In this document: piece by piece, positions 1 through 8,902 of the stretch
Layout of the letters: the number at the start of each line of letters is the position of its first letter
Numbering within the stretch: the first letter of the stretch is position 1
NCBI GenBank assembly: GCA_021734905.1
Contig: JAIPIB010000007.1
Coordinates: forward strand, 1 to 42,779
Direction: 5' to 3'
DNA: 42,779 nucleotides
DNA from: Minisyncoccota bacterium
GTDB lineage: Bacteria > Patescibacteriota > Minisyncoccia > Phycocordibacterales > UBA918
The notes under the pieces: model-generated
Databases searched by the model: none
Told to the model about the DNA's origin: nothing
Seen by the model: only the letters and a program-made list of their open reading frames with translations
Program-made: the position numbers and the translations under genes

Positions 1-1
1 A

Positions 2-35
2 CCCCCAGAAAAGCTTCGCTTTTCTGGGGGTTTTT
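2..35 (+). terminator. Rho-independent terminator for a gene upstream of the window
   Basis: CCCCCAGAAAAGC (2-14) pairs with GCTTTTCTGGGGG (18-30), followed by TTTTT (31-35). Confidence 0.7.
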
Positions 36-85
36 GTATATAATCTCCGAAAACACACCCTAATATCTGATACACTATCATCAGT

Positions 86-1288
86 ATGCAAGAGTTACCA
101 CTTACAGGACAAGGTACTGATCTCGAACTTAAAAAGAAATTTCATGCATTATATACAGCGTTGCTTTTTGTATCGCTCCACTGGGCAATTGTCGTCTATG
201 TTAACTCTTCCTACCTTGAACAATTTGTATCACATCAGGCGCTCGCAATGCTCTATATCATTGCTGCTGCACTTACCATATTTGTGCATTTTTTTGCCTC
301 AAGGTTCCTTGCTAGTTTTGGTGCGGTGCGCCTTATTACAACCCTTACAATACTTGAATTTTGTACACTCATAGGAATGTCTCTTGCTAGCACACCTAAT
401 CTAGCAATTACCCTCTTTGTTATCCACCAAACAATTGTTCCGCTAATCTTTTTTGGCCTCGATATACTCATGGAGGAATTAATAGGAACAAGAGAGGATC
501 TGACAGGAGGAAAGCGTGGTTTCTTTTTGTTCATAATAAGCACAACATACGCACTCGCAATACTCGCTGTTGGAAGTCTTCTCGGAGAAGGTCATCCAAA
601 CTTCGAACTCGTGTATTTTATTGGTGCCCTTTTCCTTATTCCTTTTCTCCTTGTCTTTATTCATAAATTTAAAGATTTCATTGATCCTCACTATCGGCAT
701 TTCAATATGCGTGAGGGGATTAAATATCTTTCTCATTACAAAGATATTCGCAATGTACTTTTCTCACATTTTTTCCTTCAATTATTCTTTGTTTGGATGG
801 TAATCTATACGCCAATTTACCTTGCAACTAACATTGGATTTAATTGGAGGGAAATCAGTATCATTCTCTTTGTGGGACTTAGCGCATATATCTTCCTTGA
901 ATATTTTATTGGCGTCATCGCAGACAAATACATCGGTGAAAAAGAAATGATGGCTTTTGGTTTCGCTGTTATAGCAGTATCCACATCATGGTTTATCTTT
1001 CTTGACAATAGTTCCGTTATCGTCTGGGCGATAGTCATGTTCATGACAAGAGCTGGAGCAAGTTTCGTCGAAGCAACAACAGAAAGTTATTTCTTTAAGC
1101 ATACGGCAGGAAAAGATATCAATGTTATCGGATTATTCCGTATGACACGTCCGCTTTCATATGTTATCGGGCCAGTACTTGGTACTGCCATTCTCTACTT
1201 CCTACCATTTAATATTTTATTCCTCTTCATCGGCCTCTTGATGATCCCTGGTCTCTTTTTCGCCATGGCTCTCCATGACACTCGATAG
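86..1288 (+). CDS. Polytopic membrane transporter, MFS-like
   Basis: 400-aa ORF made almost entirely of hydrophobic helices in two halves with a central loop; no specific motif recognised. Confidence 0.6.
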   Translation: MQELPLTGQGTDLELKKKFHALYTALLFVSLHWAIVVYVNSSYLEQFVSHQALAMLYIIAAALTIFVHFFASRFLASFGAVRLITTLTILEFCTLIGMSLASTPNLAITLFVIHQTIVPLIFFGLDILMEELIGTREDLTGGKRGFFLFIISTTYALAILAVGSLLGEGHPNFELVYFIGALFLIPFLLVFIHKFKDFIDPHYRHFNMREGIKYLSHYKDIRNVLFSHFFLQLFFVWMVIYTPIYLATNIGFNWREISIILFVGLSAYIFLEYFIGVIADKYIGEKEMMAFGFAVIAVSTSWFIFLDNSSVIVWAIVMFMTRAGASFVEATTESYFFKHTAGKDINVIGLFRMTRPLSYVIGPVLGTAILYFLPFNILFLFIGLLMIPGLFFAMALHDTR

Positions 1289-1325
1289 TGTTCAAGAATA
1301 TAATACGCTGAATATTAGATTCTAT

Positions 1326-2153
1326 TCAAGGAAGTTTACAAACATTTCTTGGACACACTACAATTCCATCAGCAACTAATCTTTCTATCTGTTCATCAAT
1401 TCTCTGTGAATCAAATGAAAGGACTTCTTGAAGTCCCTTTCGAGTTCTCTCACCATCAATAAGCATTCGAACAATCGCTCCTCGAATCTGCCTATCAGAA
1501 TTTTCAAATGTTGATTGTTTAACATAATGTTTACTTTGATTATTTAAATTGCCCTCCACCTGTTTCAGGTGTGCTCCATAATCCATAAGCGCGTAATACC
1601 ACTCACGTGGATTCTCTGTGTCCAAAACTATTCCAGTTAACTGGAATATCTCACTATCGGAAATATCGGATCTGCCTTTGAAGAAGTTGTGGATGAAAAC
1701 GGTGCGAATATTTGTTTCAATAATAGGTACAGGTTTATTATATGAAAATGCCATTACTGCACCTGCTGTGTACTTCCCTATGCCTGGTAGATCCACAAGC
1801 TCTTCATATGTCCTTGGAATCTTACCTTTATGCTTTTGTATAATAATCTTTGCACAATCATGGATTGCTTTTGCTCGGCGGTTGTAGCCAAGTCCCTGCC
1901 ACTCTTTTAGCACTTCTCTCAAAGAAGCCTTTGCAAGTTTTGGTAATGTCGGAAAACATTTAAGAAAACTCTTATATTTAGGAATTACTCTCTCAACCTG
2001 TGTTTGCTGAAGCATTAGCTCAGAAACAAATATCCGATACGGATTCTTTGTTAATCGCCATGGAAGACAGTGTCTTCCATGGCGATTATAATAATCCCAA
2101 ACTTCTCTTACAAACAATTTTTCTCTCATTAACAATTTTCTCTTTCTGGTCAT
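1326..2153 (-). CDS. HhH-GPD DNA glycosylase, MutY-like, without Fe-S cluster loop; C-terminal winged-helix-like tail
   Basis: LMLQQTQVERV, LPGIGKYTAGAV hairpin-helix-hairpin and IETNIRTV motifs. No Cys after the MDYGA segment where MutY/Nth carry C-x6-C-x2-C-x5-C. Confidence 0.75.
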   Translation of the reverse strand: MTRKRKLLMREKLFVREVWDYYNRHGRHCLPWRLTKNPYRIFVSELMLQQTQVERVIPKYKSFLKCFPTLPKLAKASLREVLKEWQGLGYNRRAKAIHDCAKIIIQKHKGKIPRTYEELVDLPGIGKYTAGAVMAFSYNKPVPIIETNIRTVFIHNFFKGRSDISDSEIFQLTGIVLDTENPREWYYALMDYGAHLKQVEGNLNNQSKHYVKQSTFENSDRQIRGAIVRMLIDGERTRKGLQEVLSFDSQRIDEQIERLVADGIVVCPRNVCKLP

Positions 2154-2155
2154 AG

Positions 2156-2839
2156 CTATAATGTATACACAACATCTTTTCTTTCAACAACAACAGGCCA
2201 TTTCTTTTTTTGTGCATATGCATAGAGAGACATATTTGGATTAAAACAGATAGGTGTCTCAACTGACTCGAGAAGTTGAATATCTCCCTCAGTATCACCG
2301 ACACCTATAGAATCTTCTAGTGTAAGCCCTTCTCGTTCTAGTACTCGTTCTATCACTAATGATTTATTCTTAATTAACTCTAACTCTGCGACTTCACCTG
2401 TAAAAAGATCTCGTGGTCCAAGTTCATAAATTCGCCCATACACTTTATCAAAACCATACCCTGCACAAAATTCATCGAGAATCGTCTTTGGAGACTGCGA
2501 GATTGCAACAATATAATATCCTTTGCCTCGAAGGTCCTGAATAAGATCGCGGGTGTATCTGTATGTTTGCCTTCCCTGCTCTTTAACAACTTTTCTTCCG
2601 ATGTCAGCGAAATCTCCGTAAAATACCCCCTTAATATGTTTCATGAATGTAGCCACAACAGCATCTATATATGTCTCATACGAACCGTCACGATTACGCC
2701 ATGAGTCATATTCTTTCTGGTAACCAAGCTTTGCTTCAGCTGGAAAAATTCCTTCTGTGATACACCCTTCAACAAGTTCAATAAAAAGGCTTGACCGAAA
2801 AACGGTGCCGTCAATATCAAAAAAAGCGACTTTCTGCAT
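2156..2839 (-). CDS. HAD-superfamily hydrolase (HAD-IB / phosphoserine-phosphatase-like)
   Basis: FFDIDGTV motif I, ISQSP motif II, GVGDTEGD motif IV; 2-nt gap to the downstream glycosylase gene. Confidence 0.8.
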   Translation of the reverse strand: MQKVAFFDIDGTVFRSSLFIELVEGCITEGIFPAEAKLGYQKEYDSWRNRDGSYETYIDAVVATFMKHIKGVFYGDFADIGRKVVKEQGRQTYRYTRDLIQDLRGKGYYIVAISQSPKTILDEFCAGYGFDKVYGRIYELGPRDLFTGEVAELELIKNKSLVIERVLEREGLTLEDSIGVGDTEGDIQLLESVETPICFNPNMSLYAYAQKKKWPVVVERKDVVYTL

Positions 2840-2856
2840 ATGCTCTATAGTGTACC

Positions 2857-2886
2857 AAAAAAAAGCGACCTACCGAAGTAGGCCGT
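2857..2886 (-). terminator. Putative intrinsic terminator after the 2914-3648 ORF
   Basis: Minus strand reads GGCCTAC-TTCG-GTAGGTCGC followed by TTTTTTTT; imperfect stem. Confidence 0.45.
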
Positions 2887-2913
2887 ATTTATAGCACCAT
2901 TGCTCAGCAATCG

Positions 2914-3648
2914 TTAAACCACGCCCTCCTGATGAGGGTATGGTGAACGTGAAAACACAAGACATCCCTTACTTCGTCCGCCAACATGGACACCACTTGC
3001 TCCAATCTTCCAACCTCTACCTTCATTATTGATTTTGACTGCACGAAGTGTGTGAGAAAGGTCTCGTACGTAGAAGACCATGCTGGCATCCCTGTTTTGA
3101 AGAACTGGAATATCTTTGTGAAGGTGTTTTTCCATAAAAGCAAACACTTCACCGAGACCTACCTCAACACAAGCTTCACCTCCGAGTGTCCTGATAAGGC
3201 TGGTGTCGTTTGACGAAGCAAGCAAACTGTAACAATCGAAAGAGTGTCCAGAACCTGAAGACTCTATTTTTCCTTCACCCTCAAGGAACCACGTTATGAA
3301 ATTTGACCCAAGCTCAAGGATCGTTACTCGTGATTTATGTCTTCTCCACCAACTACGAACAACGAAAGACTTCTTTGCAACAAATTCACCGGAACGAGAA
3401 GGGATATTCACTTTCACCACGAATTCAAGCAGGTCTGATAGCGGTCTCTGCGCGAATGACGGATTGACAAGAGTGTCTGGATGAAGCAGCTGACCGATGA
3501 GGCGTCTACGCATCCCTCTGTCGTGAAATAGCCACATCGCCACATCAACATTGGTACTATCACTTATCCTTTGGATTGCTGCCATCACTTCTTCGCAAAT
3601 CTCTCTGCGTACACCTTCCTCCTCGAGCACAATTCGTCCTGTTCTCAT
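2914..3648 (-). CDS. Hypothetical protein (orphan, patchily G+C-richer than its neighbours)
   Basis: 244-aa ORF with SD AAGGGGG 6 nt upstream of the ATG; no recognisable domain. Confidence 0.6.
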   Translation of the reverse strand: MRTGRIVLEEEGVRREICEEVMAAIQRISDSTNVDVAMWLFHDRGMRRRLIGQLLHPDTLVNPSFAQRPLSDLLEFVVKVNIPSRSGEFVAKKSFVVRSWWRRHKSRVTILELGSNFITWFLEGEGKIESSGSGHSFDCYSLLASSNDTSLIRTLGGEACVEVGLGEVFAFMEKHLHKDIPVLQNRDASMVFYVRDLSHTLRAVKINNEGRGWKIGASGVHVGGRSKGCLVFSRSPYPHQEGVV

Positions 3649-3780
3649 AATGGACCCCCTTCATATTAGATTAGTTATAAGATCAAAATTCCTTAATCAT
3701 TACAGCATAAAAGATATTTATTGACTATATTCCATACTGAGTAAATCTGTCTCACAACTTCAAGAAGCACCTAGGCTTAC

Positions 3781-4662
3781 TTACAAAATCTGAATAAAGA
3801 CAGGTCTAAGCTCTTTCCACTCCTCTTTCGTGAGGACACGCTCACTATATATACCTGAATCTGGATAATTCACTTCTGTGATTGTAATTGTGTCATCCGG
3901 GAAAACAGCCTCGACATATGCCAAGTGCCCAATATCACTATTAAGCATATACTCCATGACTGAGCCAACTTTTGACGTGACCCCAGTATGAACTCGTGGT
4001 GTTCCTTTTAAAATTTTATGCCACAATCCAGGAACACGAGGCTTAACATCATGAGGCCACTCAATAACAATTCCCTTTCTCCATAATCTATACAAAACAT
4101 ATTCCCCTGCCTGAAGAGCAAATTCTGAACGTCCAACTCCAAAAATATCAGCCAGAATCGCCCGGACACGTACAGAATTTGGATCGTCAACCATATTTTC
4201 TTGTCCAATGACAAACTCCGGATAAACAAAGACAGCTCGGTCAACAAGATCCTCACCGAGTACCCATCCCTCACAGGTGTTCCAGACGACTCGCAGAAAT
4301 CTACCTCGTGTTTCTAATACCATTACTATTTCTCCATAGGGAACGGCGCAAACCTGAGCATCAAATTCTACTGTTGGGTTTTGATACACAGGAACAGATA
4401 CTGTTCTCGCGTACATAATGGTATTTTTCCTCGATTCAACTCCAGTAAATTTCTTTGTTTCAATGATATCGTGGACCTTCTTAAAGGTATGTTGTGGTAC
4501 TTCAGTTACATCCTCTTCACCATGTCTTTCGGGAAATATATAAATATCGGTAGTACGAGTATTTCGAAAAAAATCACCAATACCTAAAATCACTTTTAAT
4601 GACACGTGGATAACAACATCGTATGCGGTATCAATTGCAGTGACTACAGATTCCCTATTCAT
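3781..4662 (-). CDS. SH3b-like + CHAP-like (NlpC/P60-type) cell-wall-hydrolase-fold protein
   Basis: C-terminal GHLAYVEAV ... ITEVNY resembles the CHAP His and Glu-Asn motifs; central YGEIVMVLETRGRFLRVVW..GWVLGEDL is SH3b-like. The expected catalytic Cys position reads QAGEYV. Confidence 0.6.
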   Translation of the reverse strand: MNRESVVTAIDTAYDVVIHVSLKVILGIGDFFRNTRTTDIYIFPERHGEEDVTEVPQHTFKKVHDIIETKKFTGVESRKNTIMYARTVSVPVYQNPTVEFDAQVCAVPYGEIVMVLETRGRFLRVVWNTCEGWVLGEDLVDRAVFVYPEFVIGQENMVDDPNSVRVRAILADIFGVGRSEFALQAGEYVLYRLWRKGIVIEWPHDVKPRVPGLWHKILKGTPRVHTGVTSKVGSVMEYMLNSDIGHLAYVEAVFPDDTITITEVNYPDSGIYSERVLTKEEWKELRPVFIQIL

Positions 4663-4754
4663 AGAGAATCATAATACCACTCACAAAAAATACTCTCTAT
4701 TGACGAATAGCCTGACTTTCATCGAAATATACATCTATAATCTAAAGGCTTTCT

Positions 4755-5423
4755 TTAACGTGATTTTGGCCAAATATCTTCTGCTTCTGGATACACTTTG
4801 GTTAATGGATGACTGGTGCATATATGCTTTCTAGCTGGGCATATGTCTCTGCCATAATGAACAAGTCTATGGTTAAACCCCCACCATTCTCCCTGTGGCA
4901 TAATTTCCATAAGATCTTTTTCAATACGTACAGGGTCTAGATAATCACTAAGATTAAATCGAATGGCAAAACGTCTCACATGGGTATCCACAGCAACCCC
5001 TTCATGGACACCAAAGGCGTTCGACAGGACTACATTTGCTGTTTTCCGAGCAACACCGGGGATTTCAAGAAGATCTTTCATATTATTCGGGACACTATCT
5101 CCATACTGTTTGATTATCATCTGTGCTGCTGCACGTATATTTTTTGCTTTTCTCCTATAAAATCCACACTGATAAACGCCTTGCTCCATTTCCTTCTGTG
5201 TCGCTGCTGCATAGTCGTATACTGTTGGATATTTTTTAAAAAGATTTTCGGTAACAACATTCACCCGCGCATCAGTACACTGAGCTGACAACTGCACAGC
5301 AACGAGAAGTTCCCAGTTATTACTATGTACAAGTGCTACAGCAGGGTTCGGATACAGTTTCTTAAGAATTCTATTCAATTTCTCAACTCGATCCATTCTT
5401 TCAAGTTTTTTCTGTGCATTCAT
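4755..5423 (-). CDS. nth: Endonuclease III (HhH-GPD), incomplete Fe-S ligand set
   Basis: LVAVQLSAQCTD, IPGVARKTANVVL and VDTHVRR motifs. Start moved to MNAQKK (5423) because hairpins occupy 5442-5507. C-terminus CPARKHICTSHPL keeps only 2 of the 4 cluster Cys. Confidence 0.85.
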   Translation of the reverse strand: MNAQKKLERMDRVEKLNRILKKLYPNPAVALVHSNNWELLVAVQLSAQCTDARVNVVTENLFKKYPTVYDYAAATQKEMEQGVYQCGFYRRKAKNIRAAAQMIIKQYGDSVPNNMKDLLEIPGVARKTANVVLSNAFGVHEGVAVDTHVRRFAIRFNLSDYLDPVRIEKDLMEIMPQGEWWGFNHRLVHYGRDICPARKHICTSHPLTKVYPEAEDIWPKSR

Positions 5424-5441
5424 GAGAGTAGTATACCAAAA

Positions 5442-5473
5442 CCAAAACAAGGCCATAAATGACCTTGTTTTGG
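5442..5473 (-). terminator. 11-bp stem hairpin between the DUF378 gene and nth
   Basis: CCAAAACAAGG (5442-5452) / CCTTGTTTTGG (5463-5473); minus strand followed by TTTTGGT. Confidence 0.45.
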
Positions 5474-5485
5474 ATCTTAAGGTAT

Positions 5486-5507
5486 AAAAAAACGGCAACG
5501 ATGCCGT
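5486..5507 (-). terminator. Intrinsic terminator of the DUF378 gene
   Basis: Minus strand ACGGCA-TCGT-TGCCGT followed by TTTTTTT, 3 nt after the stop at 5510. Confidence 0.65.
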
Positions 5508-5509
5508 TC

Positions 5510-5719
5510 CTATACTCTACACATACTACAATTTCCTTTATGTGTCAGAAGTTCATACAACGCTGCAAGTCCAACAAGGACATACACAATTGTTGAATAG
5601 GTACCCATTCCAAATACTTTTTCAACAACATTTACGTCAAATGCTCCAACAAGGAGCCAATTCAAACCACCTACAATAAGGAGTATGAATGACACCGAGT
5701 GTACCATTTTATTATTCAT
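5510..5719 (-). CDS. DUF378-family small membrane protein
   Basis: 69 aa, two TM helices, GGLNWLLVGAF.VNVVEKVFG motif typical of DUF378. Confidence 0.8.
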   Translation of the reverse strand: MNNKMVHSVSFILLIVGGLNWLLVGAFDVNVVEKVFGMGTYSTIVYVLVGLAALYELLTHKGNCSMCRV

Positions 5720-5813
5720 TTTTTACCATCGATAGAAGCTTATAAGCGACCACTTATATTGTACCATTCTGAGAAAACTGTAGGCTTGGCATGGGTATAA
5801 CTATTTTGTACGA

Positions 5814-6923
5814 CTACAGACGAAGAGTTCGGTAAAGAGATGTGCTTATTCCACCCAGTGACATCACGATTAATCCAAAAATAATAAAGCCGCCAACAAA
5901 CGGGACTAGTCCGAGTAGACAAAGAGAAGCAATGCCCGAAACTACAGTCATTAAAGTAATCTTTGATTTTTTTGTCAGGATCTTTTGTATATAGAGTCCA
6001 AGTAACACCCCCGCACACATAAGAGAAAGGATGAGTGCCGCAATGTAGAGACTCAGAATGAGTACTCCTATAAGTGTCCCGAGTACGCTCAGGAGAAGGA
6101 GTGCTCCAATAAACGGAATAATGAAAAATATCCCGAGTCCGGTAAGTCCTGAAACACCTGGAGCGCTCATGGTGAGATCCATGACTAGATAGATGTGTTT
6201 TCGGAAAACTAGATAACAAGTAAGTGCTGCAAAAAGAAGGACCGCTAACTGAAATGCAAACCCTTGAGCAAAACCAATCCCTTCCTGCATATCAACCCCA
6301 ACCCTCCGAACCTCTCCCACAATATTTGCATTAGGCGCTCTCACAATATCATTCCTACTTTTGTACGTTACCGAACCAAGGACTTCAGCACTACCTCCAA
6401 ATACCAGAAGAGTTCCTGTAGTGAGAGAGACATCACCACCAATTTTTGTATTAATACGAACTTTATCAGCAGTTCCGTGGATACTCCCCTCCACAGACCC
6501 TTCGACAATTAATTCGCCCCCCATAAATAAAATGTCCCCATCAACTCTGGCAGTTGAGAGTACCGTCAATGTTCCGCCAAGGACGACAAGATCTCCTTTG
6601 ATTTCCCTTCCAAGTGTAACTTCTCCGCCGACAACACGGAGATCATCTCCGATATCGCCATGAATCTGTGTGACACCACCAAGGACGACAAGATCTCCTT
6701 TTACAGGTGCGTTGATAGTCACAGTTCCTCCGGCAACATACACATCATTTTCTGATGGACCAGAAATCGTGACCGTGGGAGCAAACCCGTAAAAATCCCC
6801 CTCAAGGACCTGAGTTGAATCAACTGAAATATTTTCACCACTTCGTATTATTGGTTCTGCGTGAGTAAACTCCGGCACCAACACCACAGCAAAAATACTT
6901 ATGGCTAAGATTATTTTATTCAT
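5814..6923 (-). CDS. Exported/membrane protein with bactofilin-like GD-x-x-V-x-GG repeat domain and C-terminal multi-TM anchor
   Basis: Signal-peptide-like N-terminus (ILAISIFAVVLVPEFTHA). Repeated GDLVVLGG / GDDLRVVGG / GDILFMGG / GGDVSL units, then about 5 hydrophobic helices. Confidence 0.7.
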   Translation of the reverse strand: MNKIILAISIFAVVLVPEFTHAEPIIRSGENISVDSTQVLEGDFYGFAPTVTISGPSENDVYVAGGTVTINAPVKGDLVVLGGVTQIHGDIGDDLRVVGGEVTLGREIKGDLVVLGGTLTVLSTARVDGDILFMGGELIVEGSVEGSIHGTADKVRINTKIGGDVSLTTGTLLVFGGSAEVLGSVTYKSRNDIVRAPNANIVGEVRRVGVDMQEGIGFAQGFAFQLAVLLFAALTCYLVFRKHIYLVMDLTMSAPGVSGLTGLGIFFIIPFIGALLLLSVLGTLIGVLILSLYIAALILSLMCAGVLLGLYIQKILTKKSKITLMTVVSGIASLCLLGLVPFVGGFIIFGLIVMSLGGISTSLYRTLRL

Positions 6924-6964
6924 GGCTTATAGTATAGCGTCTCTTCGGATTTTTTCCACTCAAG

Positions 6965-7366
6965 TTATGATTTGAGGCAAGGAACGAGCTTTATTGACTC
7001 AATTGCTGAAGGAGTAGCACCTCCCATTATATCGGCAAGACGTTCACTACCAAGAGCATCTTTAGCGCATGCAACCATCTCTGGTGTAATGGTAAATGTG
7101 TCTTGTGAATAGCCAACAGTTTCAAGAACTTTTTGTTGCGTCGAAGAAAGATCTGAGGTATTAACAATTATCGGCTCAGTAATTTCTAATTGAGCATCCT
7201 GATGAGAAACATCTGACCCTTGTCCAGACACTGGCAACATTTGCTCTGTGGGTGAACCTAGCTGCTTATCAACAGATTGAACTATGTACCATACATAAAC
7301 ACCTAAGCCTATCGCACAAACGAGAAGTACTGAGACGATACCAAGATATATTTTAAGTGACTTCAT
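6965..7366 (-). CDS. Hypothetical single-pass membrane protein
   Basis: Start set at MKSLKIYLGIVSVLLV (TM anchor); the longer ORF-track start overlaps the upstream small ORF. Confidence 0.55.
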   Translation of the reverse strand: MKSLKIYLGIVSVLLVCAIGLGVYVWYIVQSVDKQLGSPTEQMLPVSGQGSDVSHQDAQLEITEPIIVNTSDLSSTQQKVLETVGYSQDTFTITPEMVACAKDALGSERLADIMGGATPSAIESIKLVPCLKS

Positions 7367-7548
7367 AAAGTTGTTGATGAATATGTAACTGAGGCTTGTA
7401 ATATGTGAGCAATAACGAGTCCTACAAGTATCAAAAAAATACTTGCTGCCACTAGGATAAATCGTGCTCTCGAGAACTCCCAAGAACCATCATACCAATT
7501 CCTAACAAATAAAAATGGAAAAATAAACTGAACGATTTTCATACCCAT
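7363..7548 (-). CDS. Possible small membrane protein (61 aa)
   Basis: 4-nt ATGA-type overlap with the 6965-7366 start; one clear TM helix; otherwise unsupported. Confidence 0.3.
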   Translation of the reverse strand: MGMKIVQFIFPFLFVRNWYDGSWEFSRARFILVAASIFLILVGLVIAHILQASVTYSSTTL

Positions 7549-7611
7549 CTATAGTAATATCATACAATGATTTCAGTAAATCGACACACAGCTCACTGCA
7601 CACAAAGAATC

Positions 7612-7881
7612 CTACCCGAGTTTTTTATACAAACTTCCTGTAAGAATAAGGATCATCAATCCTAAAATAAGGATGACTACAGGTCTGTCATTAAGCCAAG
7701 AAATATCCATAATAATCCTCTCAATTCCAAAAAAAGTTGCTGATACTCCGAATGTAACAAGGAGAGTAAAGGTAACTGGAAATCTCTTAAATATTGAGCG
7801 ACGGACTGGAATAATTGCTTGATCCATAGCATCAACAGTATCTTCAACACCTTTTGAGACACGACCAATATTTCGATACAT
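7612..7881 (-). CDS. Small two-TM membrane protein
   Basis: Start set at MYRNIG (7881), just after the stop of the upstream hydrolase gene (7889); two hydrophobic helices. Confidence 0.55.
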   Translation of the reverse strand: MYRNIGRVSKGVEDTVDAMDQAIIPVRRSIFKRFPVTFTLLVTFGVSATFFGIERIIMDISWLNDRPVVILILGLMILILTGSLYKKLG

Positions 7882-7888
7882 ACTTTTA

Positions 7889-8902
7889 CTAAATATTTTT
7901 ACCAAATAATTCCTTCCCTCTCTCCCACATTTCCGGGTGCCCATGCTCACGCAACCAGTACCACCACTCCCCTCCCCAAAGGTATTGTCTTTCATAACGA
8001 GTGTCGCGAGCATATTCAATAATCTCATTAAATTTCTGAATATTCATTCGCGAATATTGTATTTCTATCGGAACTTGCGTGACTGGCTCAAGTAACCATG
8101 GCTCAAGTGAGAGCTCTATAAGAAAGGTCTCTTTCTTACCATACAAAATGGTGAGAACCTTCTCCTTTACTCGATAAAACCAGGGTGGCAAAATAGTTTT
8201 AAATTGTCCTAATTCTGGATTCCAAAAATATACATACACGCTTGTACCAAATGAATCTCCATGTGTGTACGCACCTCTCCATGTACCTAGATTCCCACTA
8301 TCAGTTACTAGGATCGGGCGCTCTGGATCAAGTGATCGAACGAGCGCAATTTCTTCCTCAAGAAATAATTCATCAAGTTTTCCACATTGCTCGTATGCAA
8401 AAATCTCAAGATAAGGCTCATTTTCAATCTGCCAATGTGTAATTGCCGGAGAATTTTTATAACGTAAAACTACCATCTCAATGTATTCAAGAATCTCTCT
8501 CTTTTGGTCATTCCAAGTAAGTGTTTTTGCCCAATCAGGAACATGGCACTCCGGCCATCGTGGCAATCTTCTACCTACTCCAAAAATAACTTCGGCGCCA
8601 ACATTTTCTGCTTTTTTTAAATCAGTATCCATCCATGAAAAATTGTACTGATCTTTTTTAGGTTCAATCAACTGCCAATGCGCACTCATTCGAAGATTTC
8701 TGACACCAAGATCATAAAGTATTGCATCAAAAACTAAATCAGCATCGAGTCCAAGTTCTTGTATGTAGGGGACATTATAAGAAATCCCATACTCAATTTT
8801 TGTGGGAGCATCCTTCATCGATAATAGAAAAACGACAGCAGCGACACATAAAATAAAAATCCCCGCAATAACAGCAACCCGAACCGGCATTTTTTTTATC
8901 AT
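7889..8902 (-). CDS. Membrane-anchored clan GH-A (TIM-barrel, GH5/GH42-like) glycoside hydrolase
   Basis: N-terminal TM anchor; HWQIENEPY (the NEP acid/base motif of clan GH-A); 4-nt overlap with the upstream DMT gene. Confidence 0.65.
   Translation of the reverse strand: MIKKMPVRVAVIAGIFILCVAAVVFLLSMKDAPTKIEYGISYNVPYIQELGLDADLVFDAILYDLGVRNLRMSAHWQLIEPKKDQYNFSWMDTDLKKAENVGAEVIFGVGRRLPRWPECHVPDWAKTLTWNDQKREILEYIEMVVLRYKNSPAITHWQIENEPYLEIFAYEQCGKLDELFLEEEIALVRSLDPERPILVTDSGNLGTWRGAYTHGDSFGTSVYVYFWNPELGQFKTILPPWFYRVKEKVLTILYGKKETFLIELSLEPWLLEPVTQVPIEIQYSRMNIQKFNEIIEYARDTRYERQYLWGGEWWYWLREHGHPEMWERGKELFGKNI

Noticed and set aside
4755-5498. Long N-terminal extensions in the ORF track (4755-5498, 6965-7483, 7612-8028, 24437-24706, 33138-34016, 35738-36532, 42465-42752)
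   Set aside because: The extensions overlap upstream genes, hairpins or terminators, or lack an SD. Internal ATGs have better SD or spacing and give sensible N-termini, so the starts were trimmed.
5740-6219. 159-aa ORF overlapping the 3' part of 5814-6923 in another frame
   Set aside because: It has Ser/His/Arg/Thr-rich nonsense-like composition and no SD. It is fully embedded in a gene whose frame shows coherent TM helices.
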